64,000 nucleotides of DNA, taken from the NCBI GenBank assembly GCA_022072175.1, contig JAJVIE010000003.1, positions 665,840 through 729,839 of the forward strand, given 5' to 3'. The notes beneath the pieces are model-generated. The model saw nothing but the letters and a program-made list of their open reading frames with translations, was not told the DNA's origin and did no database searches. Origin of the DNA: Candidatus Omnitrophota bacterium (lineage in GTDB: Bacteria; Omnitrophota; Gorgyraeia; 2-02-FULL-51-18). Below are positions 1 through 12,101 of this stretch, one piece after another (positions within the stretch are counted from its first letter, which is position 1; every line of letters starts with the position of its first letter). Position numbers and translations under genes: made by a program.

Positions 1-721
<721 letters not shown>

Positions 722-760
722 AAGTACCCCCTTGTAAAAGTTGGTGTTTCCGGTCCACTG

Positions 761-787
761 TTAGCACTCGATTAGGTAGAGTGCTAG
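761..787. promoter_or_regulatory. CIRCE element (HrcA operator)
   Basis: TTAGCACTC-gattaggta-GAGTGCTAG, one mismatch from TTAGCACTC-N9-GAGTGCTAA, directly upstream of groES. Confidence 0.95.
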
Positions 788-796
788 CAGAAGGAA

Positions 797-824
797 ATTG
801 TAGCGTGAGCCCCGCAATTGTCAA
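797..824 (-). promoter_or_regulatory. Sigma70-type promoter of groESL
   Basis: Minus strand TTGACA (824-819)-N16-TACAAT (802-797), just upstream of CIRCE. Confidence 0.8.
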
Positions 825-832
825 CTGCTTTT

Positions 833-1606
833 TTAGCCGCGCTGTGAAAGATGCTTGGCTTCCCGGTAGGAGATGAGAAGGCCCTTGGGCACCAGAAGCG
901 GGTCGATGGGGCCAAGCTCGGGGCAGTAGCCCCTCATGAAGCGCGCATACCCCCCGGTGGACAAGACCTTGAAGCGGGGCTTCCACTCGACCCGGAGGCG
1001 CCTGAGCACACCCTCGCACAGACCGGCGATGCCATAGGCACAGCCGGCGCGGATACTGTCGACGGTGTCCCTGCCGATCAATCCCTTGGGCGCCCTCAAA
1101 CGGATCCTCGGCAGGAGCGCCGTACGGGCCGCCAGAGCATCCAGGCTGATCTCGATCCCCGGAGCGATGAGGCCTCCCTCATAGACGCCGCGCGCGGAGA
1201 CCACGTCGAACGTGATGGCCGTACCGAAGTCGATCACGACGCAGTCGGTCCTGAACCGCCTATGGGCCGCCAGCGCATTGAGCAGGCGGTCGGTGCCGAC
1301 CTGCCGCGGCCGCGCGTAGTGGTTGAGGATCGGGATCGGCAGGTCCTCGCGAGCGACCAGACAGCGCGCGCCGAGCTGGGCGCAAGCACGACGCAGCGCC
1401 CTCGTTCCCGAAGGGACGACGCTGGCCGCGACCACGTCCGCGCCTACACCCGCCGACCGGACCGCGCGGCGCAGCCAGGCGATTCCTTGCGCACCGCCGA
1501 GCTTCGCTGTCGGGATACGGCTTTCACCGCTCAAACGACCCCCTCGGGCAAGAACGGCATGGGCGCTGGTGTTGCCGATGTCCACGAGGATCGCCGAGAA
1601 GCTCAT
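833..1606 (-). CDS. coaX: Type III pantothenate kinase
   Basis: VDIGNTS, VGTDR and VIDFGTAITFD motifs. Confidence 0.95.
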   Translation of the reverse strand: MSFSAILVDIGNTSAHAVLARGGRLSGESRIPTAKLGGAQGIAWLRRAVRSAGVGADVVAASVVPSGTRALRRACAQLGARCLVAREDLPIPILNHYARPRQVGTDRLLNALAAHRRFRTDCVVIDFGTAITFDVVSARGVYEGGLIAPGIEISLDALAARTALLPRIRLRAPKGLIGRDTVDSIRAGCAYGIAGLCEGVLRRLRVEWKPRFKVLSTGGYARFMRGYCPELGPIDPLLVPKGLLISYREAKHLSQRG

Positions 1607-2586
1607 GCTCCGCCCTTCCTTTCACGCAGGTGAACGACGTCGCCGGTCAGGACCCTTTCTTGCAGACCGCTGTCCGTCCGGATCCACAACGCCCCGTCCG
1701 CGTCGATGCCTTGGGCGCTTCCGTGGAGCGTGCGCCCCGGCAAGTGCGCCGTGACGCGCCTTCCGGTCGTCGCGGAGTGCTCTTCCCACGCCTCGGCCAG
1801 ACCGCCGAAGCGGCCCTCGCGCAGGTCCGCATAGGCCTTGTCGAGCTCCTCGAGGATGGCCGCCGCCAGCGGCGCTCTGCGCACGGCATGACCCAGCGCG
1901 GCGGCCAGCGAAACGGCCCCCTCGGGCAGGCGGTCCGGATCGGAGTTGACGTTGAGGCCGATCCCGACGACCACGAACGCGACGCGGTCGGTCTCGGCGC
2001 TCATTTCGGTCAGGATGCCGCAGAGCTTCCGATCGCCGAGCAAAAGATCGTTGGGCCACTTGATGCGGGGATCCAGACCCGTCAACCGCTTGATGGCGCG
2101 CACGACGCAGACCGCGGAAGCCAGCGTCAACCGCGGAGCGTCCATCGGAGACATCCTCGGGCGCAGGACGACCGACAGGAGCAGGTTCTGGGCCTTGGGG
2201 CTGGACCAGGTGCGGCCGAGCCGGCCCTTACCCCCTTTCTGATGTTCGGCCAGGACGCACGTGCCGTCGGCGCAGCCCTTCTCGGCCAGCGCGAAAGCCG
2301 TGCTATTGGTCGAATCGAGCTCCTCGTAACAAAGGATGCGTGATCCGACGGTCCTTCCATCACCCAAAAGCGCCTCCAGCTCATCGGCGATCACCCTGTC
2401 GGGGCTCGAGATCAGGCGGTAGCCCGTGTGAGGGGCCGCGTCGATCCGGTATCCGACCTTGCGCAGGACCTGGATCTCTTTCCACACCGCGGCGCGGGAA
2501 ACACCCAGGCGCCTGGACAGCTCCTCACCCGACAGCCCCTGCGCGGGGCCGGACAGTAACAGCGAAAGCACCGTTCGGCGGCTCAT
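1603..2586 (-). CDS. birA: Bifunctional biotin-protein ligase / biotin repressor
   Basis: N-terminal HTH ([18 protein letters not shown]), then GKGRLGR, KWPND, KLCGIL. Confidence 0.95.
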   Translation of the reverse strand: MSRRTVLSLLLSGPAQGLSGEELSRRLGVSRAAVWKEIQVLRKVGYRIDAAPHTGYRLISSPDRVIADELEALLGDGRTVGSRILCYEELDSTNSTAFALAEKGCADGTCVLAEHQKGGKGRLGRTWSSPKAQNLLLSVVLRPRMSPMDAPRLTLASAVCVVRAIKRLTGLDPRIKWPNDLLLGDRKLCGILTEMSAETDRVAFVVVGIGLNVNSDPDRLPEGAVSLAAALGHAVRRAPLAAAILEELDKAYADLREGRFGGLAEAWEEHSATTGRRVTAHLPGRTLHGSAQGIDADGALWIRTDSGLQERVLTGDVVHLRERKGGA

Positions 2587-4595
2587 CGACGCGCTCCTCC
2601 GGTCCGGCGCGCGACGGCCTTCGGCCGCTCGGCCTCCAGGCGCTTCTGCAGTTCTTTGAGCTGATCCCGCAACTCGATCGCCCGCTCGAACTTCAATTCG
2701 CGCGCGGCGGCTTCCATCTCGCTCTCGATCTGGGCGATGACCTCGACAAGGTCGCCTTCCGGCTCGGCCAGACCCGCCGCCTGCTGCGCCGTCTCCCGGG
2801 CCTTCTTGATGGACTCGATGCCCTCCCGGATCTCTTTGCGGATGGTCTGCGGCGTGATGCCGTGCGCCTTGTTGTAGGCGATCTGGGCCGCGCGGCGCTT
2901 GGAGGTCTCATCGATGGTCTGGCGCATCGCATCGGTCATCTGGTCCGCGTAGAAGAGCACATGCCCGTTGACGTGCCGCGCAGCCCGGCCGGAGACCTGG
3001 ATCAGCGAGGTGCGGCTGCGAAGGAACCCCTCCTTGTCGGCGTCCAGGACGGCCACCAGCGAAACCTCCGGCAGGTCGATCCCCTCCCTCAACAGATTGA
3101 TGCCCACGATGACGTCGTACTTGCCCAAGCGCAGGTCCCGGAGCAGTTCGACGCGTTGGATCGCGTCGATCTCCGAGTGCAGGTACTTGACACGCGTGCC
3201 CAGCTCCTCGAGGTATTTGCTCAGGTCCTCGGCCATGCGCTTGGTGAGCGTGGTCACGATCACCCTCTCGCCCGAGGCGACGCGCTTGCGGCACTCTCCG
3301 AGCAGGTCATCGATCTGACCTTTGGTGGGCCGGACCTCGATCAGGGGGTCCAGCAGTCCGGTCGGCCGGATCACCTGCCGCACGATGCGTTCCGAACGGC
3401 CGATCTCGAAGTCGCCCGGCGTAGCCGATACGTAGACCACCTGGCGCACCAGCGCGTCGAACTCCTCGTACTTGAGAGGTCTGTTGTCCAAAGCCGACGG
3501 AAGCCGGAACCCGTATTCGACGAGCGTCTCCTTTCGCGCCCGGTCGCCGGCATACATGCCGCGGACCTGAGGGACCGTGATATGCGACTCGTCCACCACC
3601 AACAGGAAGTCCTCCGGGAAGTAATCCAAGAGACAGTACGGCCTCGAGCCCGGGGGACGTCCCGTGATGATCCTTGAGTAGTTCTCGATGCCCGAACAGT
3701 AGCCCAGCTCGCGCATCATCTCGATATCATAGCGAGTCCGTTGATCGAGGCGCTGGGCCTCGACGAGCTTGTTCTGCGCGTTGAGCTCTCGGAATCGCGA
3801 GGCGAGCTCCTCCTCGATCTCCAGGATCGCCCTCTCCAGACGCGGCTCCGAGGTGACGAAGTGCTTGGCCGGGTACACCGCGACGGCGTCCTGCTCGTGC
3901 AGGACCTCCCCCGTCAGCGGATCGATCCTCGAGATGCGGGCCACCGCGTCCCACTCGAGCTGGATGCGCACCGCTGTTTCCTCGTACGCCGGGAACACCT
4001 CGACGACATCCCCACGCACGCGGAACGTACCCCGCTTGAAATCGACGTCGTTCCGGTCGTACTGGATATCGACCAGCCGCTTGAGCACTTCGTCGCGGGA
4101 CACGTTCGATCCCTTCTTCAACAGGACCAGCATGTCCTTGTACTCAGCCGGCGATCCGAGCCCGTAGATGGCCGACACCGACGCCACCACGATGCAGTCC
4201 CTTCTGGAGAGGAGGTTGCTGGTCGCCCGCAGGCGCAGGCGGTCGATGTCCTCGTTGATGGACGAATCCTTTTCGATGTACGTGTCCGTCGCCGGCACGT
4301 ACGCTTCGGGCTGATAGTAATCGTAGTAGCTGACGAAGTATTCGACCGCGTTCTCAGGGAAGATATCGCGCAGTTCCCCGTACAACTGCGCGGCGAGGGT
4401 CTTGTTGTGAGAAAGCACCAGCGTCGGGCGGTTGACGCGGGCGATGACGTTGGCGATCGTGAACGTCTTGCCGCTTCCGGTCACGCCGAGAAGGGTCTGC
4501 GCCCGGTCCCCGGCGAGAACGCCCGCCGTCAGCGAGTCGATCGCCTGGGGCTGATCACCGGTGGGCTTGAGGGTCGATCGGATCATGAAATCCAT
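2583..4595 (-). CDS. uvrB: Excinuclease ABC subunit B
   Basis: [22 protein letters not shown] motifs and C-terminal UVR coiled coil. Confidence 0.98.
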   Translation of the reverse strand: MDFMIRSTLKPTGDQPQAIDSLTAGVLAGDRAQTLLGVTGSGKTFTIANVIARVNRPTLVLSHNKTLAAQLYGELRDIFPENAVEYFVSYYDYYQPEAYVPATDTYIEKDSSINEDIDRLRLRATSNLLSRRDCIVVASVSAIYGLGSPAEYKDMLVLLKKGSNVSRDEVLKRLVDIQYDRNDVDFKRGTFRVRGDVVEVFPAYEETAVRIQLEWDAVARISRIDPLTGEVLHEQDAVAVYPAKHFVTSEPRLERAILEIEEELASRFRELNAQNKLVEAQRLDQRTRYDIEMMRELGYCSGIENYSRIITGRPPGSRPYCLLDYFPEDFLLVVDESHITVPQVRGMYAGDRARKETLVEYGFRLPSALDNRPLKYEEFDALVRQVVYVSATPGDFEIGRSERIVRQVIRPTGLLDPLIEVRPTKGQIDDLLGECRKRVASGERVIVTTLTKRMAEDLSKYLEELGTRVKYLHSEIDAIQRVELLRDLRLGKYDVIVGINLLREGIDLPEVSLVAVLDADKEGFLRSRTSLIQVSGRAARHVNGHVLFYADQMTDAMRQTIDETSKRRAAQIAYNKAHGITPQTIRKEIREGIESIKKARETAQQAAGLAEPEGDLVEVIAQIESEMEAAARELKFERAIELRDQLKELQKRLEAERPKAVARRTGGARR

Positions 4596-4619
4596 CGGTC
4601 CTCCTCCGCCTCCGCGGTC

Positions 4620-5480
4620 TCAGCCGACGATGTCGAGGGCCATGTCCAGCGCGGGGGCTCCGTAGGTCAGACGGCCCACCGAGATCCTCTCCACACCGCA
4701 CTCCGCGTACGCGCGGACGTTCTCCAGGGAGATCCCGCCGGAGACCTCAAGTTCGATGCCGGGGGCGCTGCGAGCGCGCATCTGGACGGCTTCCCGGACG
4801 GTCGGCAGGTCCATGTTGTCCAGCAGGATGTACTGCACATCGGTCTTGAGGGCCTCGGCGAGCTCCTTGAGGTTCTTGACCTCGATGCCGATGACGGTCT
4901 TGCGCAGGGAGGCCTGCCGGACGCGCTGTACGATCTGAGGAATGGACTCGTTGCGCAGGATACGCAAGTGGTTGTCCTTGATGAGCACCTGGTCCATGAG
5001 ACCGAAGCGGTGATTGCGGCCGCCACCGATCTTGACCGCATACTTCTCGAGCGCGCGGAGGTTGGGGGTGGTCTTGCGCGTATCGAGGATGCGCGCGCCG
5101 GTCCCGGCGATCTTATCGACGTACTTGCGCGTGAGCGTGGCGATGCCGCTCAGGCGCTGCAGGAAGTTGAGCGCCGTGCGCTCGGCCACGAGGATGGAAG
5201 CGGCCGGCCCCTGGATGTAGGCGATCTCACGGCCCTTCTCGAGGAGGTCGCCGTCTGCGGACACGGGCAGGAAGCGGATGTTCTCGTCCACGTGGCGGAA
5301 GACCTTCTCGGCGACCTCGATCCCGCACAGCACGCCGCTCTCCCGCGCCTCGATCTCCGCCCGGATCAGCAGGGTCTTGGGGATGATCGCCGAGGTCGTG
5401 ATGTCCCGCAGGCCGACGTCCTCGCGCAGCGCGTACTTGATCGCCAGGTCCGCCGGATTGACCCGCGAGGGATCGCTCAT
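4620..5480 (-). CDS. nadC: Quinolinate phosphoribosyltransferase
   Basis: DTRKT, HRFGL, IKDNH, LLDNM, EVSGG motifs. Confidence 0.96.
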   Translation of the reverse strand: MSDPSRVNPADLAIKYALREDVGLRDITTSAIIPKTLLIRAEIEARESGVLCGIEVAEKVFRHVDENIRFLPVSADGDLLEKGREIAYIQGPAASILVAERTALNFLQRLSGIATLTRKYVDKIAGTGARILDTRKTTPNLRALEKYAVKIGGGRNHRFGLMDQVLIKDNHLRILRNESIPQIVQRVRQASLRKTVIGIEVKNLKELAEALKTDVQYILLDNMDLPTVREAVQMRARSAPGIELEVSGGISLENVRAYAECGVERISVGRLTYGAPALDMALDIVG

Positions 5481-8173
5481 TCGCCGAGACTGCGCAGGTT
5501 CTCGTGGAGCCGCTGACGGCGGCTTTCGAGCTCCACGGCCTTCTGCCGTTCCTTGTCGACGATCTCCTTGGGCGCCTTGCGCAAGAACTCCTCGTTCTTG
5601 AGCCGCCCTTCGAGGCCCCGGATCAGACGGTCCACGTCCGCCAGCGCGGCCTCGATCCGTTGGCGTTCGACCTGAACGTCGACGAGCCCGGTGAGCACCA
5701 CGTACGTCTCGACGCGGCCGACGTTGGCGACGGCCGACTCCTTGGGGCGCGCGAGCGTCTTGCCGATCTGCAGCGATGAGACCTTGGCCATCTGCACGAT
5801 GTACGTCGAATATTCACGAAGGATGCGGAGCTCCGTATCGCCGGCGACCTTGACGGCGACGGTCACGGATTCCTTCGGATTGATCTGCCAGGCCGAGCGC
5901 ACGTTGCGGATGGCCTGGATCTCGCCCAGGATGATGTCGACCTCGGTCTCGAGCTTGGGGTCGATGCGGCGCTTCTCGGGCTTGGGCCATTCGCTCACCA
6001 TGATGGACTCGCCCTTGTGGGGGATCTTCTGCCAGATCTCTTCGGTGATGAACGGCATGAACGGGTGCAGCAGTCTCAGCGTTCGCTCCAGCACGTAGTG
6101 CATCGTCCACTGCGTGGCGCGGTCCTTCATCGTGGGTTTGGCCAGCTCCAGGTACCAATCGCAATACTGGTGCCAGATGAAATCGTACAGCGTCGAGGCC
6201 GCTTCGTTGAAACGGTGCCGATCAAGGCTCTCCGCCAGGGAAGCGGCGGTCTGATTGACCCGGCTGATGATCCATCGGTTGATGGGGCCCAGCTGCGCGG
6301 GTGTCGGGACCGCGGATGGGCGCAGCTTGCGGGTGTCGAGGTTCATCAAGACGAGGCGCGAGGCGTTCCAGATCTTGTTGGCGAAGTTGCGGCCGACCTC
6401 GAACTTTTCCTTGGAGCAATAGACGTCTTGGCCCTCCGCGGTGATCGAGATGATGCCGTAGCGCAGGGCGTCGGCGCCGAACTCGTCGATGATCTCGATC
6501 GGATCGACGGCGTTACCGAGGCTCTTGGACATCTTGGCGCCGGTTTCGTCCCGAACGATGCCGTGGATATAGACCTGCTTGAACGGCTCGCGGCCCATGA
6601 ACTCGATGCCGGACATGATCATGCGCGCGACCCAGAAGAAGATGATCTCATAACCGGTCACCAGACAGGCCGTCGGATAGAAGAACTTGAGGTCCTTGTT
6701 CTTTTCGGGCCAGCCCAGCGTCGAGAACGGCCAAAGCCAGGACGAGAACCACGTATCCAGCACGTCCGGGTCCTGCTCGAGAACGCCGCCACAGTCCGGA
6801 CAGGCTTTGGGGTCCTTGCGGGCGACGATCATGCCGGGCTCGCGGTAGACGCGCCCCTGACCGGGACGGAACACGGTCTCCGCGGCGGTCTTCCCCTTGT
6901 CGCGGCAGGCGGCGCACGTCCACACGGGTATGCGGTGCCCCCACCAGATCTGACGGGACACGCACCAATCCTTGATGTTGTGCATCCAGTCGAGGTAGAC
7001 CTTGGTCCACCGTTTGGGCGCGAAGACCGTGCGCTCCTTCTCGACCGCCTCGATCGCGGGGGCCGCCAGCGGTTTCATGTGCACGAACCACTGTGAGGAG
7101 AAATACGGCTCGATGACCGTGGAGCACCGATAGCAGTGTCCGACCGAATGCTGGTGCTCCTTGATCTCCAGCAGGATGCGCCGGTCCTCGAGGTCCGCCA
7201 CGATGCGGCGGCGCGCTTCGAAGCGGTCCAGTCCGGCGTAGGGGCCGGCGTTCTCGTTGAGCGTGCCGTCGGGATTGAGGATGTTGATGAATTCCAGCTC
7301 GTGCTTACGGGCCAGCTCGAAGTCCACCGGATCGTGCGACGGCGTGATCTTGAGCGCGCCGGTGCCGAAGGAGGGGTCGATGGATTCATCGCTGATGATG
7401 CGAAGACGGCGGTTGATCAGCGGCAGCGTCGCGGTCCGGCCGGACAGATGGCGGTAACGCTCGTCCGTCGGATTGAAACCGACCGCCGTGTCGCCCAACA
7501 TGGTTTCCGGGCGCGTCGTGGCGATCGTCACGTGCCCGTCGGTGCCCTCGATGGCGTATTTGAGATGGTACAGGTGGCCGTTGATCTCCTTGTGCTGGAC
7601 CTCCTCATCGGACAGCGCGGTCTGGCAACGCGGGCACCAGTTGATGATGTACTTGCCGCGGTAGATCAGGCCCTTCTCGTACAATCGCACGAACACCTCG
7701 CGCACGGCTTCGGACAAACCCTCGTCCATCGTGAAGCGCGTACGGTCCCAGTCGCACGAGGCGCCCAGCCGGTGCAGCTGGCGAACGATCGTGTTGCCGT
7801 ACTTCTCGCGCCACTTCCAGACGCGCTCGAGGAACGCTTCCCGGCCCAGCTGCTGCCGGGTCAACCCTTCTTCGCGCAGGGAGCGCTCGACGACGTTCTG
7901 GGTGGCGATGCCCGCATGGTCCGTGCCCGGCATCCAGAGCGTGCGGTACCCGCTCATGCGCTTGTAGCGGATCAGGATGTCCTGCAGGGTATTGTTGAGC
8001 GCGTGCCCCATGTGCAGGATGCCCGTGACGTTGGGCGGCGGGATCACGATGGTGTACGGCTTGCCCTTGGGCGCGGCCTTGGCCTTGAAGTAACCCTTCT
8101 TCAGCCAGTGGGCATACCAGTGCTTCTCGACGGATTTGGGCTCGTAGACCTTGGAGAGCTCCGGAGAGGACAT
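5477..8173 (-). CDS. valS: Valine--tRNA ligase
   Basis: PPPNVTG.LHMGH, DWCVSRQIWWGH, KMSKS; start trimmed to the ATG at 8173 that overlaps the cimA stop. Confidence 0.97.
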   Translation of the reverse strand: MSSPELSKVYEPKSVEKHWYAHWLKKGYFKAKAAPKGKPYTIVIPPPNVTGILHMGHALNNTLQDILIRYKRMSGYRTLWMPGTDHAGIATQNVVERSLREEGLTRQQLGREAFLERVWKWREKYGNTIVRQLHRLGASCDWDRTRFTMDEGLSEAVREVFVRLYEKGLIYRGKYIINWCPRCQTALSDEEVQHKEINGHLYHLKYAIEGTDGHVTIATTRPETMLGDTAVGFNPTDERYRHLSGRTATLPLINRRLRIISDESIDPSFGTGALKITPSHDPVDFELARKHELEFINILNPDGTLNENAGPYAGLDRFEARRRIVADLEDRRILLEIKEHQHSVGHCYRCSTVIEPYFSSQWFVHMKPLAAPAIEAVEKERTVFAPKRWTKVYLDWMHNIKDWCVSRQIWWGHRIPVWTCAACRDKGKTAAETVFRPGQGRVYREPGMIVARKDPKACPDCGGVLEQDPDVLDTWFSSWLWPFSTLGWPEKNKDLKFFYPTACLVTGYEIIFFWVARMIMSGIEFMGREPFKQVYIHGIVRDETGAKMSKSLGNAVDPIEIIDEFGADALRYGIISITAEGQDVYCSKEKFEVGRNFANKIWNASRLVLMNLDTRKLRPSAVPTPAQLGPINRWIISRVNQTAASLAESLDRHRFNEAASTLYDFIWHQYCDWYLELAKPTMKDRATQWTMHYVLERTLRLLHPFMPFITEEIWQKIPHKGESIMVSEWPKPEKRRIDPKLETEVDIILGEIQAIRNVRSAWQINPKESVTVAVKVAGDTELRILREYSTYIVQMAKVSSLQIGKTLARPKESAVANVGRVETYVVLTGLVDVQVERQRIEAALADVDRLIRGLEGRLKNEEFLRKAPKEIVDKERQKAVELESRRQRLHENLRSLGE

Positions 8174-9738
8174 CAGCGCGTCAGTCGGTATTCGATCGAG
8201 TCGACGAGCGCCTGCCAGCTGGCCTCGATGATGTTGCCGGACACGCCGACCGTCGTCCAAACCTCACGTCCGTCGGAGAACTCGATGAACACCCGGACCT
8301 TGGCCGCCGTTCCTTCCTTGGAATCGACGACACGGACCTTGTAGTCTTCCAGCTGAACGCGGCTGACGATCGGGTAGAACGGCTCGAGCGCTTCACGGAG
8401 GGCCTTGTCCAGCGCGTTGACGGGACCGTCGCCGGTGGCGACGCCCACCCCCTTCTTCTTGCCGACCTTGAGCACGACGATCGCCGTGGAGCTCGAGTCC
8501 TTGTCCCCGATGTTCTCGGCGGAAACTTCGACCTTCTCGAACTCGAAGTGCCTCTTGCGGCGGCCGGTGACCTCTCGGATCAGCAATTCGAAGCTCGCCT
8601 CTGCGGCCTCGTACTGGTAACCCTGGTTCTCCCGCTCCTGCACCGCCTGCAGGATACGCCGGGCTTCCGGGGACTCCTTGTCGAACTTGATGGACAGCTC
8701 CTGGGCCTTGAGCATCACATTGGTCTTGCCTCCCAGCTCGGAGACGAGGAAGCGGCGGCGGTTACCGACCTTGGACGGCGTCACGTGCTCATAGGTCTCG
8801 GGCCGCTTCATGACGGCGTTGATGTGCACTCCGCCCTTGTGCGCGAAAGCGCTCTGTCCCGTGTAGGGCTGGTTCTTGGCCGAGGGCAGATTGCAGACCT
8901 CGTAGACGTAACGCGAGAGGTCCGTCATCTCCTTCAGCTTGCCCGCGGGCAGGCAACGGCGCTCCATCTTGAGCTCAAGGTTCGCGATGATCGGCACGAG
9001 GTCCGCGTTGCCGCATCTCTCTCCGAGACCGTTGACGGTGCCCTGCACGTGCGTCGCCCCGCCCTCGACCGCGGCCAGCGAGTTGGCCACGGCCAGCGCG
9101 GAATCGTTGTGGGCGTGGATGCCCAGCGGACAGCGCAGCTGCCGGGCGACCTCCTGCGTGATCCGCCGGACTTCCGTGGGCAAGCTTCCGCCGTTGGTGT
9201 CGCACAGCACGATCGTACGAGCGCCCGCCTCGTAGGCGGTGCCGATGGCCTTGAGCGCATATCCGGGATTGGCCTTGTATCCGTCGAAAAAATGCTCGGC
9301 GTCGAAGATCACCCGGCGCCCCTTGGAGCGCAGGTAGCGGACCGAGTCCTCGATCATGCGGATGTTCTCGTCGAGCTCGATACGGAAAACCTCCCGCACA
9401 TGCATGTCCCAGCTCTTGCCGAAGATCGTGATCGAGCCCGTACGCGCGGCGACCAGACCCTTGAGGACCATGTCCTCGGCGGCCTTGGTATGGGCGCGGC
9501 GCGTGGAACCGAAGGCGACGAGCTCCGCGGTCTTGAGACGAAGCTTGCGGGCCTGCTCGAAGAAAGCGATGTCCTTGGGATTGGCCCCGGGCCATCCGCC
9601 CTCGATGAACGCGAAGCCCTTCTCATCGAGCTTGCGCGTGATGAGCAGCTTGTCCTGCACGGAAAAGGAGATACCCTCTCCCTGCGAACCGTCGCGGAGC
9701 GTGGTGTCGTAGATCTCGACGTGCTTATCGGCGCGCAT
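8173..9738 (-). CDS. cimA: Citramalate synthase (LeuA/CimA family)
   Basis: [49 protein letters not shown]; typical of the bacterial CimA clade that follows aspartokinase. Confidence 0.88.
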   Translation of the reverse strand: MRADKHVEIYDTTLRDGSQGEGISFSVQDKLLITRKLDEKGFAFIEGGWPGANPKDIAFFEQARKLRLKTAELVAFGSTRRAHTKAAEDMVLKGLVAARTGSITIFGKSWDMHVREVFRIELDENIRMIEDSVRYLRSKGRRVIFDAEHFFDGYKANPGYALKAIGTAYEAGARTIVLCDTNGGSLPTEVRRITQEVARQLRCPLGIHAHNDSALAVANSLAAVEGGATHVQGTVNGLGERCGNADLVPIIANLELKMERRCLPAGKLKEMTDLSRYVYEVCNLPSAKNQPYTGQSAFAHKGGVHINAVMKRPETYEHVTPSKVGNRRRFLVSELGGKTNVMLKAQELSIKFDKESPEARRILQAVQERENQGYQYEAAEASFELLIREVTGRRKRHFEFEKVEVSAENIGDKDSSSTAIVVLKVGKKKGVGVATGDGPVNALDKALREALEPFYPIVSRVQLEDYKVRVVDSKEGTAAKVRVFIEFSDGREVWTTVGVSGNIIEASWQALVDSIEYRLTR

Positions 9739-10957
9739 GCGACCTCTTGGTCAGGTTGAAACCCGCATGCAGAGCGCGGACCGACCGCTCGCCGTCGGCG
9801 CGAGCGACCACGCAGGAGATCTTGATCTCGCTGGTGGAGATCATCTCGATGTTGATGCCTTTCTTGGCCAGGATCTCGAACATCGTCGCGGCCACGCCGG
9901 CATGACTGCGCATGCCGATGCCGACGACCGACACCTTGGCGATGTTGGTGTCCTTGGAAACGTCCGTGAAACCGATCGACTTGCGCGCTCCGCGGAGACT
10001 GCGCACGGCGGCATCGGCCTCACCCGCCGGAACGGTGAACGAGATATCCGTCGCGGCCGATCGGCCGATGTTCTGGATGATGACGTCGACGTTGATCCCG
10101 TCGTCCGCCAGGCGGCGGAAGAGCCGGGCGGCCACGCCGGGCTTGTTGGGGACCCTGCGCACGGTCAGCTTGGCCTCGTTCTTGTTGATCGATACTCCGC
10201 GGATCAGCACATCCTCCATCGAGCGGTCCTCCTTGACGATCCAGGTCCCTTCATTGTCCGAAAAACTGCTGCGCACGTGGATCGGGATATCGTATTTCCC
10301 GGCCACCTCGATCGAGCGCGACTGCATGACCTGGGCTCCGGCCGAGGCCATCTCGAGCATCTCCTCATAACTGATCCGTTCGAGCTTGATCGCCGTCGGC
10401 TCGATGCGCGGATCGGTCGTATAGATCCCTTCCACGTCGGTGTAGATCTCGCATGTATCGGCGCTCAGGGCCTTGGCGAGCGCTACAGCGGTCAGGTCGC
10501 TGCCGCCCCGGCCCAGCGTGGTGATGTTCCTCTGCGCGTCCATGCCCTGGAACCCCGCCACGATCACCACTCGCTTGCGGCGCAGTTCCTCCCGGACCCT
10601 CCGGCCGTCGATCTCCACGATCCGCGCCCGCATGTGCGACGCGTCGGTGAGGATGCCCACCTGCGGGCCTGTCAGGGACACCGCGTCACAGCCCAGCTCG
10701 TGCAGGGCCATGGCCAGCAGCGCGATGGAGATCTGTTCGCCCGTCGACAACAGCATGTCCATTTCCCTCTTGGACGGGCAATCCGTGATCTTGCCGGCCA
10801 GTTCGATAAGGTCGTCCGTCGTGTCGCCAAGGGCGCTGACGACGACGACCACGGAGTGGCCTTGTTTGCGGTAGCGAGCCACGCGCCGGGCGACGTTCTT
10901 GATCCGTTCGGGATCGGCGACGCTCGAACCCCCGTATTTCTGTACGATCAAAGCCAA
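9725..10957 (-). CDS. lysC: Aspartate kinase
   Basis: QKYGGSSV, TTLGRGGSD, two ACT domains; TTG start at 10957 with GAGGAGG RBS. Confidence 0.96.
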   Translation of the reverse strand: MALIVQKYGGSSVADPERIKNVARRVARYRKQGHSVVVVVSALGDTTDDLIELAGKITDCPSKREMDMLLSTGEQISIALLAMALHELGCDAVSLTGPQVGILTDASHMRARIVEIDGRRVREELRRKRVVIVAGFQGMDAQRNITTLGRGGSDLTAVALAKALSADTCEIYTDVEGIYTTDPRIEPTAIKLERISYEEMLEMASAGAQVMQSRSIEVAGKYDIPIHVRSSFSDNEGTWIVKEDRSMEDVLIRGVSINKNEAKLTVRRVPNKPGVAARLFRRLADDGINVDVIIQNIGRSAATDISFTVPAGEADAAVRSLRGARKSIGFTDVSKDTNIAKVSVVGIGMRSHAGVAATMFEILAKKGINIEMISTSEIKISCVVARADGERSVRALHAGFNLTKRSHARR

Positions 10958-10967
10958 GACAACCTCC

Positions 10968-12101
10968 TCAATCCGACCGGCGGTCCGCGTTCCCCGCCCA
11001 GATCCCATGACCGTCCGCGACCGGACGTCCCGGCGCGGTCGCGGCCGCCAACGCATCAGCGGCCGAAACGCTCGACGATCCTCCGCACCTGCCGTCGAGG
11101 TACATCCAGCGGTCCGGCGCCAAGGCCCTGCGCCGGCCCGTGGTCTCGAGCGTGCATGCGGCAAGGGCTCGCGAGCCGTCCGAACCTTCGGCCAGCGATC
11201 CTGTGACCGCATCCCACTCTTCGATGCGGCGGATACGCTCCTTGAGGTCCCCGGCGGGACCCTCGAAGACCGTCATCGCGAACAAAAGATCGTACCCCTC
11301 ATGCTTGCCGTCGAGGGTCTCCGCCCAATCGGCGCCCAAGGCCTTGGCCAATCCACGATGGACAGGACCTCCGCCGATGAAGAGCGGTTTCGAAGAACCC
11401 TTCGACCGAAGCGACGGCAGATCGGCCGACCGGCCCTGAGCCCAGATCCACACCCCATTGCACGGGTTCTCGCCCAGATCGATACGGACCCGGTTGATCT
11501 CGTGCGACTCGAGCCCCTCAGCGGCCGCCGAACGCACTTTTTCGATCAGCGCCGCGGCCGCCGAACGACCCGCGACCGACGGGTACACCTGCCCGATCGA
11601 ACGCCCGGGCTCCGGAAGCTCCAAACCGACAAGCTCATCCGAAAGAAGGACATCGTCGACGACCAGGAACGCACGGCCGCCTTCGGCGGGGTAAAGTTTT
11701 ACTTTATCATCCTCGACACGGGCTTTCAACATCCCGAACAGGGCCTGTGCCTCGCCCTCCTGCAGGTCGCCCGGACTCGCCGAGACCAGACTCCCGGCCT
11801 CGAGCGTCACCAGGTCCATACGGAAGACCACTTGGTGCGGCCTCAGGACCGCGCCGCATCCCATGGCCTCGAACGGCGCCACACCCCCGGCCAGGCTGGC
11901 GGGATCGTACCCCGCGATGGACAAAGCCAAGCGGAGCGGGTCGCGTCGACCCGCGACGACGAAGCGCGCCTGACCCGCGGAGGCCGAGCCGGCCAAGCGG
12001 TTCAGATGCGGGGTTCGTGCCAGGTCCATCGCCGTACGGTTGTCGTAGCCGGGCTCGGGGCCGTCTTCCAGCCCCCACGCGGCCGAGATCAGGGCGGTCA
12101 T
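10968..12101 (-). CDS. Divergent ApgM-family protein (cofactor-independent phosphoglycerate mutase / proposed homoserine kinase), catalytic residues apparently lost
   Basis: Scaffold motifs [64 protein letters not shown]; usual position between thrC and lysC; ATGA overlap with thrC. Confidence 0.75.
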   Translation of the reverse strand: MTALISAAWGLEDGPEPGYDNRTAMDLARTPHLNRLAGSASAGQARFVVAGRRDPLRLALSIAGYDPASLAGGVAPFEAMGCGAVLRPHQVVFRMDLVTLEAGSLVSASPGDLQEGEAQALFGMLKARVEDDKVKLYPAEGGRAFLVVDDVLLSDELVGLELPEPGRSIGQVYPSVAGRSAAAALIEKVRSAAAEGLESHEINRVRIDLGENPCNGVWIWAQGRSADLPSLRSKGSSKPLFIGGGPVHRGLAKALGADWAETLDGKHEGYDLLFAMTVFEGPAGDLKERIRRIEEWDAVTGSLAEGSDGSRALAACTLETTGRRRALAPDRWMYLDGRCGGSSSVSAADALAAATAPGRPVADGHGIWAGNADRRSD

